From a bacterium (GTDB lineage: Bacteria; Zhuqueibacterota; Zhuqueibacteria; Residuimicrobiales; Krinioviventaceae): a DNA stretch of 64,000 nucleotides. Below, one piece after another: positions 45,442 to 55,817 of the stretch. The DNA is taken from positions 1,536,001 to 1,600,000 of the forward strand of contig CAXXMD010000003.1 of assembly GCA_963675755.2 (NCBI GenBank), written 5' to 3'. Below the pieces are notes generated by a model that saw only the letters and a program-made list of their open reading frames with translations, had not been told where the DNA came from and did no database searches. Position numbers and translations under genes: made by a program. How positions within the stretch are numbered: the first letter of the stretch is position 1; every line of letters starts with the position of its first letter.

Positions 45442-46023
45442 ATGAATATGAAAAAATGGATTTTTATAATTTTGCTTTTTGCCGCCGCAGGATTTTCGGC
45501 TGAATTTCAGGTTGATACTGAAGCGGATAATATGGTGCTGTTTATGGTTCAGGCACCTATGGAGCAGTTTGACGGATCAACAGCAATGATAGATGGTTTT
45601 GTCAAATGGGAAGGGGAGAATCCCCTAACGGAGAGTGAATTTTATTTTCAGGTTGATTTGAGAGATCTGGATACCGGGATTGCGAAAAGAAACCAGCAAA
45701 TGCGGGAAAAATATCTGCAAACCGATAAATATCCTTATGCCGTTTATACTGGTATGTTAACGGCAATTGATACATTAGAGACAGATAACGAATTTGATGT
45801 CAAAGTTGAAGGAACATTAAATTTACATGGTGTTGAGCAGTCCTATGTCATCGACGGTAGAATTTCGCTGATTGACAGCACTATGCAGGTACAGTGTGGA
45901 TTTGAACTAGGATTGCAAAGACATAATATAAAGATCCCCAAAATCATGTTTGCCAAAATCAGTGATTTTATATTGATGGATTTGAGTTTTTATATGATCA
46001 GGAAAGACCCCATCCACCGCTAA
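45442..46023 (+). CDS. YceI-family periplasmic protein
   Basis: LDTGIAKRN..MR..YL.T.KYP; G.L.LHGV. Confidence 0.85.
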   Translation: MNMKKWIFIILLFAAAGFSAEFQVDTEADNMVLFMVQAPMEQFDGSTAMIDGFVKWEGENPLTESEFYFQVDLRDLDTGIAKRNQQMREKYLQTDKYPYAVYTGMLTAIDTLETDNEFDVKVEGTLNLHGVEQSYVIDGRISLIDSTMQVQCGFELGLQRHNIKIPKIMFAKISDFILMDLSFYMIRKDPIHR

Positions 46024-46741
46024 TAACAAGCTCGGTGCCGGTTACATATTGAGCGTTATCGCTGATCAGATATTGAACAGCACCTAAAACATCCTCTGCG
46101 GTTCCGCTCCTTCCCATAGGAACGGTACTGGCTTGCATTTGTAACTGTTCTTCCGATAACCTGCCATTGTCCATTAATCCGGGAGCAATCACATTTACGG
46201 TTATTCCATTGGGAGCTTCCTGTTTTGCAAGGGATTTGGTTAAAATATGCACCCCGGTTTTTGCAATAGAGTAGGGAACCACATTTTGAAATGCTTTGAC
46301 ACCCGCGTTAGCAAGGCCTATATTGATAATTCTACCCCATTTATTCTGGCGCATACCCGGTAAGGCGGCTTTACAGCAAAGAAAACAACTGTTGAGATTG
46401 CTGCTAAACATATCCTGCCATTCTTGAAAACTTGTGTCATCAAAGGGTTTAAATACAAAATCACCAACATTGTTTATCAATATATTAACACTGCCGGTCT
46501 TTTGCTTTATTTGCCGGAACAAGTTGTTAACATCCGCTTCCTGGCTGACGTCAGCCTGGATGGCTATTGCATGTCCACCGAGAGATTTTATTTGATCTAC
46601 TGTTTCTTTTGCGGCTATGTGATCAGTATGATAATTGATAATAATCGTCGTGTCTGGTGATGCCAGTCCAAGGGCGGTTTTTTGTCCCAGTCCTTTTGAT
46701 GAACCGGTAATCAAAAGGGTTTTGTGTGCGGGCTTGTTCAT
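45998..46741 (-). CDS. Short-chain dehydrogenase/reductase (FabG-like)
   Basis: TGSSKGLG, NNVG, YSIAK, NVIAPG. Confidence 0.9.
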   Translation of the reverse strand: MNKPAHKTLLITGSSKGLGQKTALGLASPDTTIIINYHTDHIAAKETVDQIKSLGGHAIAIQADVSQEADVNNLFRQIKQKTGSVNILINNVGDFVFKPFDDTSFQEWQDMFSSNLNSCFLCCKAALPGMRQNKWGRIINIGLANAGVKAFQNVVPYSIAKTGVHILTKSLAKQEAPNGITVNVIAPGLMDNGRLSEEQLQMQASTVPMGRSGTAEDVLGAVQYLISDNAQYVTGTELVISGGWGLS

Positions 46742-47937
46742 GGATTTAAAATAACCCTCATGGTTGTACCCTTGCCCACATGAGATTCTTTGATGAACAG
46801 TTTACCATTATGATATTCCTGAACAATTCGTTGGGCCAGGTTGAGTCCCAAACCCCAACCCCGTTTTTTAGTGCTGTACCCGGCTTTAAAGATATCTCGT
46901 TTTCCTTTTGTAGAGATTCCTATACCATTGTCTTTGACATCCAGAAAGACGTTGCCATCTGGCAATACACCGGTGATTAATTCAATAACACCCTGTTTAC
47001 CCTTGACCGCGTCAATTGCGTTTTTAATCAGATTTTCTACGGTCCATTCAAACAGATCACGATTAAGCGGAACGACAGGTATCTCTCCAAAATGTTCAAT
47101 CAGTTTGATCTCTTTGCCGGTTTGGGGCAAACGTCTCTTGAAATAGATCATAATATCTGAAAGAATGGGATGAATGTCTTGCGGTTTGAGCTGTGTTTTG
47201 GAACCGATTTGAGAGAAGCGCGCGGCCACTTTTTCCAAACGTTTAATGTCATTTTCCATTTCAGTGGATACAAAGCTTACATTTTCAGCATTACCTGAAT
47301 CGGATTTCAACACCTCCTGCCATCCCATCAGAGAAGAGATGGGAGTACCTAGCTGATGGGCCGTTTCTTTGGCCATACCAACCCAGATGAAACGCTGTTC
47401 GCTTTGTTTAATACTGCTGAAACCTAAAAAGGCCAGCAAGAGTAACAAGCCCAGTCCGACAATGGATATATAAGGCAGGTAAATCAGTTGGGTGATCAGA
47501 TTTGAATCTCCATAATAGAGATAGTTTAAAACCGTATCATCATAGGTTATGGCAATGGGCTCGTTTTCCTTTTCCATTTTGGCCATCATGTTGCGAATTT
47601 TGGCAATAGTTTCTTTGGATGGATTGGTTTCCGGGATTCCAATGCTTTTCCAGGTTGTTGGATTTTTATCAGAATCGGTCAGAATGAGAGGAAAGTTGGT
47701 ACGCTGGGTAATGTTTTCAAACGACCAGCCCAACGCTTCGGGCGCCAGAGGATCAGATGCGATCCGTTTGATGGTGGTCACATAAATACCCACAATTTCA
47801 CGCGCTTCACGACGAAGTCCGTTTACCATCTGCTGCGTATATAGCACCATGCCCAATATCACTGCAAGTATCAGAATAAAAAAGATGCCGCGCAAAGTGC
47901 CCGACATCATGTACAAAGTTTTACGTACTGAAAACAT
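46738..47937 (-). CDS. Membrane sensor histidine kinase
   Basis: AKETAHQLGTPISSL (H-box), ENLIKNAIDA, DNGIG, GYSTK.RGWGLGL. Confidence 0.92.
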   Translation of the reverse strand: MFSVRKTLYMMSGTLRGIFFILILAVILGMVLYTQQMVNGLRREAREIVGIYVTTIKRIASDPLAPEALGWSFENITQRTNFPLILTDSDKNPTTWKSIGIPETNPSKETIAKIRNMMAKMEKENEPIAITYDDTVLNYLYYGDSNLITQLIYLPYISIVGLGLLLLLAFLGFSSIKQSEQRFIWVGMAKETAHQLGTPISSLMGWQEVLKSDSGNAENVSFVSTEMENDIKRLEKVAARFSQIGSKTQLKPQDIHPILSDIMIYFKRRLPQTGKEIKLIEHFGEIPVVPLNRDLFEWTVENLIKNAIDAVKGKQGVIELITGVLPDGNVFLDVKDNGIGISTKGKRDIFKAGYSTKKRGWGLGLNLAQRIVQEYHNGKLFIKESHVGKGTTMRVILNP

Positions 47938-47939
47938 GG

Positions 47940-50489
47940 CTAAGCCTGTACTTTTGACCTGTTTTTTAAATATTTTGCTCCTAATCCTGCCAGGATGAGC
48001 AGCAGTACAACAAATGTAATGACACTGATCCACATGCCCAGGAAAAAGGAATCGGGATGGAACCTGAATTCTATTTCGTGCTCACCCGGTTCCAAAAAGA
48101 TGGAACGCAACAGATAATTGGTTTTGTAGATTTTGGTTTCAACTCCATCTACATAGGCTTTCCAGCCGGCAGGGTAATAGACTTCACTCAAGACCAATAC
48201 ACCGGCTTTGGCTGCTTGTGCTTTAATCTTGATATTGTGTGCATCAAAATGAGTAACCTCGGCAGTATTTTCTGCAGAGGGGAACACAGTCATGGGAGGT
48301 GCTTCTTCAAGTATTGCAGTTTTCCGTGGATTAAACTGACCGCTTTTCATATAGTCAAAAATTGCTTTTTTACCATTCAACACGGTAACCGTATCAGCAA
48401 AAAACGCACGGGGCAAGACTTGCGTGTTTTCATAGACAAAATAATTCCATCGTTGTCCCTGGTACATGATAGGATATTGTGTTGCAACCTTGAACCGGGG
48501 ATCGGTTATGGGTAGCCCCATGGACAGTACATACTTTATGTTAAGCATGTCCATCATGGCATAATCAAAATTGAGGCGTCCTGGATCAATTTGTTCAGGC
48601 GGAACGGGTTCCATGCTGGGTCTGTTGTTACGCATAACATTGCGCCAGTATTTCATTATAAAGGGACTGTTGCCAGTGCCATAGCCACTCTCTTCTAAAA
48701 AGTCCTGATAAATTCTAATCTTGGCCGCACTGTAACCATAAATACTTGCGATATTGTGGTACATGTACCAGTTTGCGGCTTTATCATCGCGGGCGGGATA
48801 AATGCGGAACAGGTCCGTGTCCTTTTTCATATATTGTACAGCAGGTGTTTCATTAAAGTAAGACTCTTCGCTGACAACATCCTGGGGTTTCATGATTTTG
48901 TAATCAATCATCCACAGGTCGGCTACAACCAGTACAATCATGAACAATCCGAAAAAGGATATCGATAGTTTTTTGTTAACCAATTGAACAGATAATCCTA
49001 TAGCAATGGCAGTCAGAACCAGGGATTTAAAACTGTCCATTAGAGCAATGTGATATGCCTGCTCACGCATTGCGGCAGAAAGGTGACTGCGGCTGTTAGC
49101 AACCATTGTTGTAAAGGAGGTATGTGCAAACAGCATATACAGGGTAAACAATCCAATCACACCCAAATACGCCCAGAAGTATTTTTTGATTCTGCCAATA
49201 GCGGGATCCGGTTTTTTGGGATTACTTTCTTTATTGTATAGATCGATCAGTGCCTGAATACCATAAGCGGCAAGAATCACCATGGCTATATCCAGCACAA
49301 TGTGGATCATACTGGGTATACGGAACTTGTTGAAAAAGGGGAGAAATTTAAACATAGGGGTATACAAAACCCCAAAATGTCTACCAAAAGAAACCAGCAA
49401 AGAGAACAGGGCAAGAATGCCAAAAAAGGTAGTGTTTTTGTCCCGACGTAAAACCAGTGCCGCACCGGCAAAAAATAAGACCAGAACACTGAAATAGAGC
49501 GGGTAATCGGTAAAGGGCATTTTACCCCAATAGGTTGCTCCGCCAAATCCCATAAAAGAAGGGATGATAAATGTAACCATTTCAAGCGGATGGAATGACC
49601 AGCCAGAGGCATAATCAAAATCGAGGCCGCTACCTTCACTGGATCCGCGAATAGAATAATGTTGATAATCATAAACCGAAATGTATACAATAGAGGAAAG
49701 TAAAACAGCTACCAGTATTACACCGGCCAGTAAACCGGCGGGGACCAAAATGTCTGACACTTTTTTGCTTGATCTGTAGGTATTGATTACGGTAACCAGA
49801 TAATAGATGCCCAACATCAGATAGGTGTAATAGCAGACCTGCACATGCGCACGAATGAGCTGCAGCCCCAGGGTAAGGGCAAGTAATACAAAATAGAGCA
49901 GGTTGCGTTTTTCAAACAGCTTGTTTGCCAGCAGTAAAATTAAGGGGATAAGCATTAGAGAGAGAAACTTTGTATTATGCCCATATGATGTAAATGCTAT
50001 AAATTGAGGTAGAAACATTAAAGCAATGCCGGCAAAGGCTGCTGGTAAAAGCCCTATTTTCTGATCCCTTAAAAATATAAAGGCTAATAATCCAAACAAC
50101 AGGTAATTGATGAAAACAAAAAAGAAATTGGGATCGTGATGGAGCTTGAGGGTTTCAATAATCCCGCGAATGGGACCATCTACAGGGTTTACAATCTTGG
50201 GTATGGATAACATACTGGAATATGAGGGCATACCGCTGAATATGAATGGACACCATAAAGGGAAATCGATATCGTACGGATTGTGTTTGACAAATTGTAT
50301 TGTGGCTTTTGAAGTCATTTTGTCCGGCGAAACCAGGGATTTACCTCCAAAAAGGACCTGAAAATAGAATACAGTCAGCAGAATCAGGGCCGCTATGACA
50401 AAGGTCCAAACCGGATGGTCCTGAATGAATGAACTTTTTGGTTTTATATTTAATTGTGACGGTTTTTTGGATGATTGTTTTTTACCCAC
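47940..50489 (-). CDS. YfhO-family multipass membrane protein (GT-C-like)
   Basis: PLW.P..FSGMP, H.Q..YY, KFR.P, LPRAFF, SEVYYP.GWKAYVDG; GTG start. Confidence 0.88.
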   Translation of the reverse strand: MGKKQSSKKPSQLNIKPKSSFIQDHPVWTFVIAALILLTVFYFQVLFGGKSLVSPDKMTSKATIQFVKHNPYDIDFPLWCPFIFSGMPSYSSMLSIPKIVNPVDGPIRGIIETLKLHHDPNFFFVFINYLLFGLLAFIFLRDQKIGLLPAAFAGIALMFLPQFIAFTSYGHNTKFLSLMLIPLILLLANKLFEKRNLLYFVLLALTLGLQLIRAHVQVCYYTYLMLGIYYLVTVINTYRSSKKVSDILVPAGLLAGVILVAVLLSSIVYISVYDYQHYSIRGSSEGSGLDFDYASGWSFHPLEMVTFIIPSFMGFGGATYWGKMPFTDYPLYFSVLVLFFAGAALVLRRDKNTTFFGILALFSLLVSFGRHFGVLYTPMFKFLPFFNKFRIPSMIHIVLDIAMVILAAYGIQALIDLYNKESNPKKPDPAIGRIKKYFWAYLGVIGLFTLYMLFAHTSFTTMVANSRSHLSAAMREQAYHIALMDSFKSLVLTAIAIGLSVQLVNKKLSISFFGLFMIVLVVADLWMIDYKIMKPQDVVSEESYFNETPAVQYMKKDTDLFRIYPARDDKAANWYMYHNIASIYGYSAAKIRIYQDFLEESGYGTGNSPFIMKYWRNVMRNNRPSMEPVPPEQIDPGRLNFDYAMMDMLNIKYVLSMGLPITDPRFKVATQYPIMYQGQRWNYFVYENTQVLPRAFFADTVTVLNGKKAIFDYMKSGQFNPRKTAILEEAPPMTVFPSAENTAEVTHFDAHNIKIKAQAAKAGVLVLSEVYYPAGWKAYVDGVETKIYKTNYLLRSIFLEPGEHEIEFRFHPDSFFLGMWISVITFVVLLLILAGLGAKYLKNRSKVQA

Positions 50490-50569
50490 AATAGTCCTCG
50501 TATTTTTGTAAACAAGATTTACTAATTATACAGATAATATTGTTACAACTCAACAATTTTTCAGGATAT

Positions 50570-51904
50570 TCATTTTTTTATCAACTGGTCAAAATGTTTT
50601 GCCAGTTCCCCGGTCAAAGTATGGCGACTAAAGGCAGTGAATTCTTTTGCAGATATTTTCTTTTTATCTGCCTGCTCAACAATGTCGAACAAGGCTTTTT
50701 TAATTTCATCCGGGTTTTTGGGATGCGCGGTACTGCCCAGATCGTATTTTTTGATCAATTGAGCCGCATCTCCGTCTGGTGCCAATGCAAGTACCGGATG
50801 TCCTGCACCGATATATTCGAATAGCTTGCCGGTAAGAATGCCATAATTCTCAGGAGAGTCGTCAATGATCAATAAAGAAATATCTGCGGATTTTAACCAG
50901 GCTATACTTTCACTATGGGTCACATAGGGAATCCGTTCAACTAGGTGTGAAATGCTGCTGGAATCTAATCGTTTAATTATTGGCTCACCCACTCGTCCTA
51001 CAAAGAGCAGTCTCAGCTTTTCCGTAAAGTCTGGATTTTCTTTTTGGAGTGATTCCAGTGCCTGTACCAGATATTCAGGATTTCGGTTTCCATAAAGTGA
51101 ACCGGTATAGATAATGGTGGTCTTAATTGATTTGGGCTTTGCTTCTACGTTTTCAAAATCTTCCGGGTCAAATCCGTTATACAGCAGCTTCCAGCGTTCG
51201 TCTCTGTATTGCGGATTCCTGCTAAGCAGATCTTCTTTTACCCCGGGAGTAACAGAAATCAAAGTGCTGGCATCTCGCAGTACGGACCGTTCCATCCATT
51301 TTTCCAAAGCACGTGACAATTTGGGGCGCCATTGCGGTGTAGACAGCCAACCAATCCATGAATCGCGGAAATCTACAACCCAGGGTAAATTTGATTTCTT
51401 GTGCAGGGCCAGACCAATCAAATGTGTTGTGTATGGCGGGGCAGTGGAATAGATTACATCAATATTTTCGCGTTCGATTATTTTTTTACCCAGGTTATAT
51501 GCAAAGGGCAACCAACCGATACGGGCATCGGGAACAAAAAACGCGGAGCGTACCCACTCGGCAAGCCGTTCGGTCCATTTTTGTTTCTGGTCCGAATCCA
51601 GGGTGAGGGTTGCAATGTCTGTGGCTTCGCCCTCGGCGCGGCCGGTAAGTTTACGGTAAAATCGATAAGGTTCAACAATTGTAGATCGATACACCTTGAC
51701 CCCATCGGGTATTTCTTTTGCCAGGGTGTCATCATATGCGGGATAGTCGGCGTTATTGGCTGTGAGTACTACAGGTTCCCAACCAAAGTCACGCAGATAT
51801 TTGACAAATTTCAAAGTACGCTGTACACCGGCGCCACCAGAAGGTGGAAAGTAATAACTGATGAGCAGTACTTTTTTTCGAACAGGGGGATTAAGATTCG
51901 TCAT
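50570..51904 (-). CDS. GT4 glycosyltransferase
   Basis: YYFPP.GGAGVQR..KF.KYL, PDARIGW, DFRD.W, GKLFEY. Confidence 0.88.
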   Translation of the reverse strand: MTNLNPPVRKKVLLISYYFPPSGGAGVQRTLKFVKYLRDFGWEPVVLTANNADYPAYDDTLAKEIPDGVKVYRSTIVEPYRFYRKLTGRAEGEATDIATLTLDSDQKQKWTERLAEWVRSAFFVPDARIGWLPFAYNLGKKIIERENIDVIYSTAPPYTTHLIGLALHKKSNLPWVVDFRDSWIGWLSTPQWRPKLSRALEKWMERSVLRDASTLISVTPGVKEDLLSRNPQYRDERWKLLYNGFDPEDFENVEAKPKSIKTTIIYTGSLYGNRNPEYLVQALESLQKENPDFTEKLRLLFVGRVGEPIIKRLDSSSISHLVERIPYVTHSESIAWLKSADISLLIIDDSPENYGILTGKLFEYIGAGHPVLALAPDGDAAQLIKKYDLGSTAHPKNPDEIKKALFDIVEQADKKKISAKEFTAFSRHTLTGELAKHFDQLIKK

Positions 51905-52862
51905 TCTCTTTCCAGCCCCGGGCCTGTTTGAGTACATAGGTTTCATTATCATGACGCACAGATATGATCATTTCACCAATCAGACCGATGGAGAAAAATT
52001 GCAGTCCCACAATGATCAATAAAATGCCTAGCAGCAGAATGGGTCTGTTGCTGAGGTAAATGTTCATAAAAATACGTTGATAAGTCAAATAAGCCAGTAC
52101 CAGGGTTCCCAGAAAGGAGCTGAGCAGGCCCAGCATACCGAACAGGTGCAGTGGACGTTTTTTATATTTTGTTAAAAAAGTAATGGTCAATAAATCAAAT
52201 GCACCCCTTACAAACCGGGCGGAACCGAATTTAGATTTACCATGTTTTCGTTCATAATGTTTGACCGGTATTTCAGTAACGCGAAATCCGTTATGGTGAG
52301 CCATAACGGGAAGATAGCGGTGCATTTCTCCATAAACATGCAGACTTTTCACAACATCCAGCTTGTAGGCTTTGAGGCCGCAATTGAAATCGTGGAGTTT
52401 TAGACCGCTGAAAACGGATGTGAAATAGTTGTATATTTTTGAAGTGTGTTTTTTGATAAAGGGATCGTGACGTACTTTTTTCCAACCCGATACCAGGTCG
52501 TATCCCTCTTCCAGTTTGGCAATCAGATTGGGGATCTCGTTGGGATCATCCTGCAAGTCCGCATCCATGGTAATCACATACGTACCGGAAGCATATTCAA
52601 AACCGGCGGCAAGACCGGCAGCTTTGCCGTAATTTTTTCTGAATTGCAAAAGCTTGGTGTGAGAATTTTGAGATATTAAATTCTCTATTACTGACGCAGA
52701 ATTGTCAGTTGAACCATCATCAACAAAAACAATCTCGTAACTGCGGCCCATAGAGGTTATTACCTCAACAATGCGATGGTGCAGTTCTGCTAACGAGTCT
52801 TGCTCATTGTATAGCGGTATAACGATGGATATGTCTGTTTTGGGGTGGATCTCTTTATTCAT
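51891..52862 (-). CDS. GT2 polyprenyl-phosphate glycosyltransferase (ArnC/GtrB-like)
   Basis: IP.YNE, VDDGSTD, N.GK...L.AG, MDADLQDDP, two C-terminal TM segments. Confidence 0.9.
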   Translation of the reverse strand: MNKEIHPKTDISIVIPLYNEQDSLAELHHRIVEVITSMGRSYEIVFVDDGSTDNSASVIENLISQNSHTKLLQFRKNYGKAAGLAAGFEYASGTYVITMDADLQDDPNEIPNLIAKLEEGYDLVSGWKKVRHDPFIKKHTSKIYNYFTSVFSGLKLHDFNCGLKAYKLDVVKSLHVYGEMHRYLPVMAHHNGFRVTEIPVKHYERKHGKSKFGSARFVRGAFDLLTITFLTKYKKRPLHLFGMLGLLSSFLGTLVLAYLTYQRIFMNIYLSNRPILLLGILLIIVGLQFFSIGLIGEMIISVRHDNETYVLKQARGWKENDES

Positions 52863-52879
52863 AAACACTTCCGGGTTTA

Positions 52880-53677
52880 TTATAAATTCACCTTTAATAC
52901 ATTATCTGGTAATTTAATATGAAATTCGTTTTTATCAATAGATTTGTTGATTTTCATGCGTTCATAAAAGAGCGACAGACCCTGCTTTTCCAGAGGACGG
53001 TTGATGGATATATGAAAGGGGATACGGGTTCCGTTGACAGATTTAAAATTGCTGAATTTGTGCAAGGCTACCGTTTGTCTGTCCTTGTTAACAATTTCCA
53101 GTTGGGTAATATTGCCAAAAACCGGATGGAAATGATAAAGGTAGACATCATCCCGGTATTTACCGCTTAATCGGATATCGTCTTCGGTTTTGGTCACATT
53201 CCAATCCTGTAGTGATGTCAAAAGTTCACTCCCGGTAACCGTTTGTAATAACTGATCAAAGGTTATGTCCATATCCAGGAATGGGGCCTTGTGTAATGAA
53301 TCAATGTGTCCGCTGTAGCTGAGGTTTTGCATGGGAGAATAGATCATATACCGGCTGCGGTCAGCAAAGAGCATACCCACATCAATACCAAAGGTGGCTT
53401 CAATTTTAAAAAATAAAGAGTCTGGTTTTTTCATAAGAATGTGCGCACTGGCATTATAGCCCTGCATGGGCGATTGAACGGTCATGGTTGCCCAGCCATC
53501 CAGAGATTGAATACGATTGTATTGATTTTGGGTTATCTTTTGTAGCGTGGCAAGATTTATGGTTTTTTCTTTGAATACAGATTGTTGCTTAAACCCTGTA
53601 CATCCTGCAAAGAAAAACAAGAGAATCACCACACCTGTTTTGATTGATGTTTTCATATACGACGTTTTATTCGTCAT
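52880..53677 (-). CDS. DUF4292-like lipoprotein
   Basis: Lipobox FAGC; PDSL...I...FGI; F.....IP..I.I; lies downstream of a TPR gene. Confidence 0.65.
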   Translation of the reverse strand: MTNKTSYMKTSIKTGVVILLFFFAGCTGFKQQSVFKEKTINLATLQKITQNQYNRIQSLDGWATMTVQSPMQGYNASAHILMKKPDSLFFKIEATFGIDVGMLFADRSRYMIYSPMQNLSYSGHIDSLHKAPFLDMDITFDQLLQTVTGSELLTSLQDWNVTKTEDDIRLSGKYRDDVYLYHFHPVFGNITQLEIVNKDRQTVALHKFSNFKSVNGTRIPFHISINRPLEKQGLSLFYERMKINKSIDKNEFHIKLPDNVLKVNL

Positions 53678-55670
53678 ATGCGGGGTGTCCAAGTTTTTCT
53701 TTCAAGTATATACGATCGCCGTCTAAATCAAGGGCTTTTTGCCAATATTCGCGGGCCTTATCCATTCTTTCCATTTTCTCGTAAACATTGCCCAGATGTT
53801 CCATTACCTCTGGGGAATTGGGTTCAAACATGAGAGACTTTTCAATAAAGCTTATAGCTTTTTCATAATCACCCAGGTGAAAATAGATCCAACCCAATGT
53901 GTCAAGAAAGGGGCCGTTTTCAGGATCCGCCTCAAGGGCTTTTTTAGAATAGCCCAATGCCTTTTCAAGGTCTTTGGATTGCAGAGACAGATGATAAGCA
54001 AAGTTGTTGTTGATTATGGGGCTGTCTGGCTGCGCAGTCAGCATCTGTTCATATAGTTGAGAAGATTGCTGAAATTGTCCCAGTTCATCAAGTGTGCCGG
54101 CAAGTGCAAGCAGGGTTTGCATATTATCCGGTTCTTCTTTGAGAGATTTTTGATAATATGGCAATGCGATATCAAATTGTCTGAACTGACTGTAAATACT
54201 TCCCACATAGAAATTGATAGCGGGATGATCAGGGAAGAAACTTAGAGCTGATTTGAAATTGTCCAAGGCTGTATGCATACTGTCCAGCTGCATGTAATTT
54301 AATCCGCGTAACAGCCATAGATGCGGCATATCTTCGCGCATTACAACAGCCTTGTCCAGAAAAGGGCTGGCGGTTTCAAACTTTTGTATATAAAAATAAA
54401 GGCGACCCAATGTTGCGGGTATACGCCAGTCGTCTTGATGCGAGTCCAGCAGGGCTTCACATTGCTGAATGGCCTGAAGAGTATCACCCTTTTCCATCAT
54501 TATGTTTGAAATTTCAATCTGTGCACCCACATAGGTCGTATCATTATCTTTTAACGGTTCGTATAATGATATAGCGTTTTCCCATTCCTGCTGATCCAGA
54601 TAATAGTTTTTAAGCTGCTGACGGATATAGTAAAAAGAATCGTTTACATCCAAAGCATCTTTGTATACCTGTATAGCTTTGGCAGTATCTCCCTGCATTT
54701 TCCATAAAGACGCCAGAGCAAGGTGTGAACGTTCCCGATGGGGATGTTCTTTGATTGTCTGATTATAAATATCAATAGCAGCATCAGTTTGATTGTTTTT
54801 ATAGTACAGGTGACCCAATACCAGCTTGTTGCCCAGATTGGTAGAGTCTTTTTCAATTAATCCTTTATAGAGGTCTATGGCTTCCTGCCAGTCTCCATTT
54901 TTTTCATATAATGCACGCAGTTCAGCTTTGGCGTCGTTGAATCTGGGATTCTGGTTTAATGCTTTTTTGTACCATTCAATTGCACCGAGAGTATCTGCCT
55001 GTACTTTGCGGGTAGCTGCCAGTGCAAGATAGACCTCTTCTTCTTCAGGACTGTCTTCCCAAACGCCCGTATAAATGGCTTCCGCTTCAGTATAGGCACG
55101 GTTTTGGAGAAACATGTAACCTATTTTCATGCGGAATTCCGGATCATCAACTCCCAGGTCTACCATTCTTTGATAAGATACCAAGGCCTCTTTATTTTTT
55201 TGTAAAGCAATTTGCAGAGATGCCAGGTAATAGAGGTTTTCAATGTTGTATGGCGTTATGTTGACAATTTTTTCGTAAACCTGCATTGCCTGATAATATT
55301 TGCTCTCTTGTTCATAGCAGGCAGCGAGCAAGACCAATGCATCAAGATTGTCGGGATCGAGCTGAAGAATTTTGTTGATGATTTTTGTGCTGGTTTTATA
55401 TTCGTTCAACAAATAGTAATTTTGCGCCATTGCATAATAGATACCGGTGGAAGAAGAGTCAAACTCGGCAGCCTGATGGAATTTCAGTAAAGCGTCTTTG
55501 GGACGGCCCACAACATTAGCCAGAGCCCCGTCAATCACCAGGTTCATGGCGTCTTTGTTGTATTCCTGTTTAGGTTCTTCTTTCTTTTTGGTTAAAGCTT
55601 GTTGACTGCTGCACCCCATAAAGAATAGTGCTATAACTATGGATATTGTTATTTTATAAGAATTGTTCAT
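53667..55670 (-). CDS. TPR-repeat lipoprotein
   Basis: Lipobox MGC; many TPRs; C-terminal NNFAY...P.N..FLDTLGWIYF...EHLG. Confidence 0.9.
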   Translation of the reverse strand: MNNSYKITISIVIALFFMGCSSQQALTKKKEEPKQEYNKDAMNLVIDGALANVVGRPKDALLKFHQAAEFDSSSTGIYYAMAQNYYLLNEYKTSTKIINKILQLDPDNLDALVLLAACYEQESKYYQAMQVYEKIVNITPYNIENLYYLASLQIALQKNKEALVSYQRMVDLGVDDPEFRMKIGYMFLQNRAYTEAEAIYTGVWEDSPEEEEVYLALAATRKVQADTLGAIEWYKKALNQNPRFNDAKAELRALYEKNGDWQEAIDLYKGLIEKDSTNLGNKLVLGHLYYKNNQTDAAIDIYNQTIKEHPHRERSHLALASLWKMQGDTAKAIQVYKDALDVNDSFYYIRQQLKNYYLDQQEWENAISLYEPLKDNDTTYVGAQIEISNIMMEKGDTLQAIQQCEALLDSHQDDWRIPATLGRLYFYIQKFETASPFLDKAVVMREDMPHLWLLRGLNYMQLDSMHTALDNFKSALSFFPDHPAINFYVGSIYSQFRQFDIALPYYQKSLKEEPDNMQTLLALAGTLDELGQFQQSSQLYEQMLTAQPDSPIINNNFAYHLSLQSKDLEKALGYSKKALEADPENGPFLDTLGWIYFHLGDYEKAISFIEKSLMFEPNSPEVMEHLGNVYEKMERMDKAREYWQKALDLDGDRIYLKEKLGHPAYDE

Positions 55671-55817
55671 ATGATCCTGATCATTTTGTGTACAATCTAT
55701 AAATATATTATTCTTTTTTCTCTTAAACAAGTGAAAAGTACTATGGTAATCCTACAAAACGCTTGAACTTTTATAATGTTTTCAATACTTTACCTTGGTA
55801 AAATAAAGGAGTATAGC

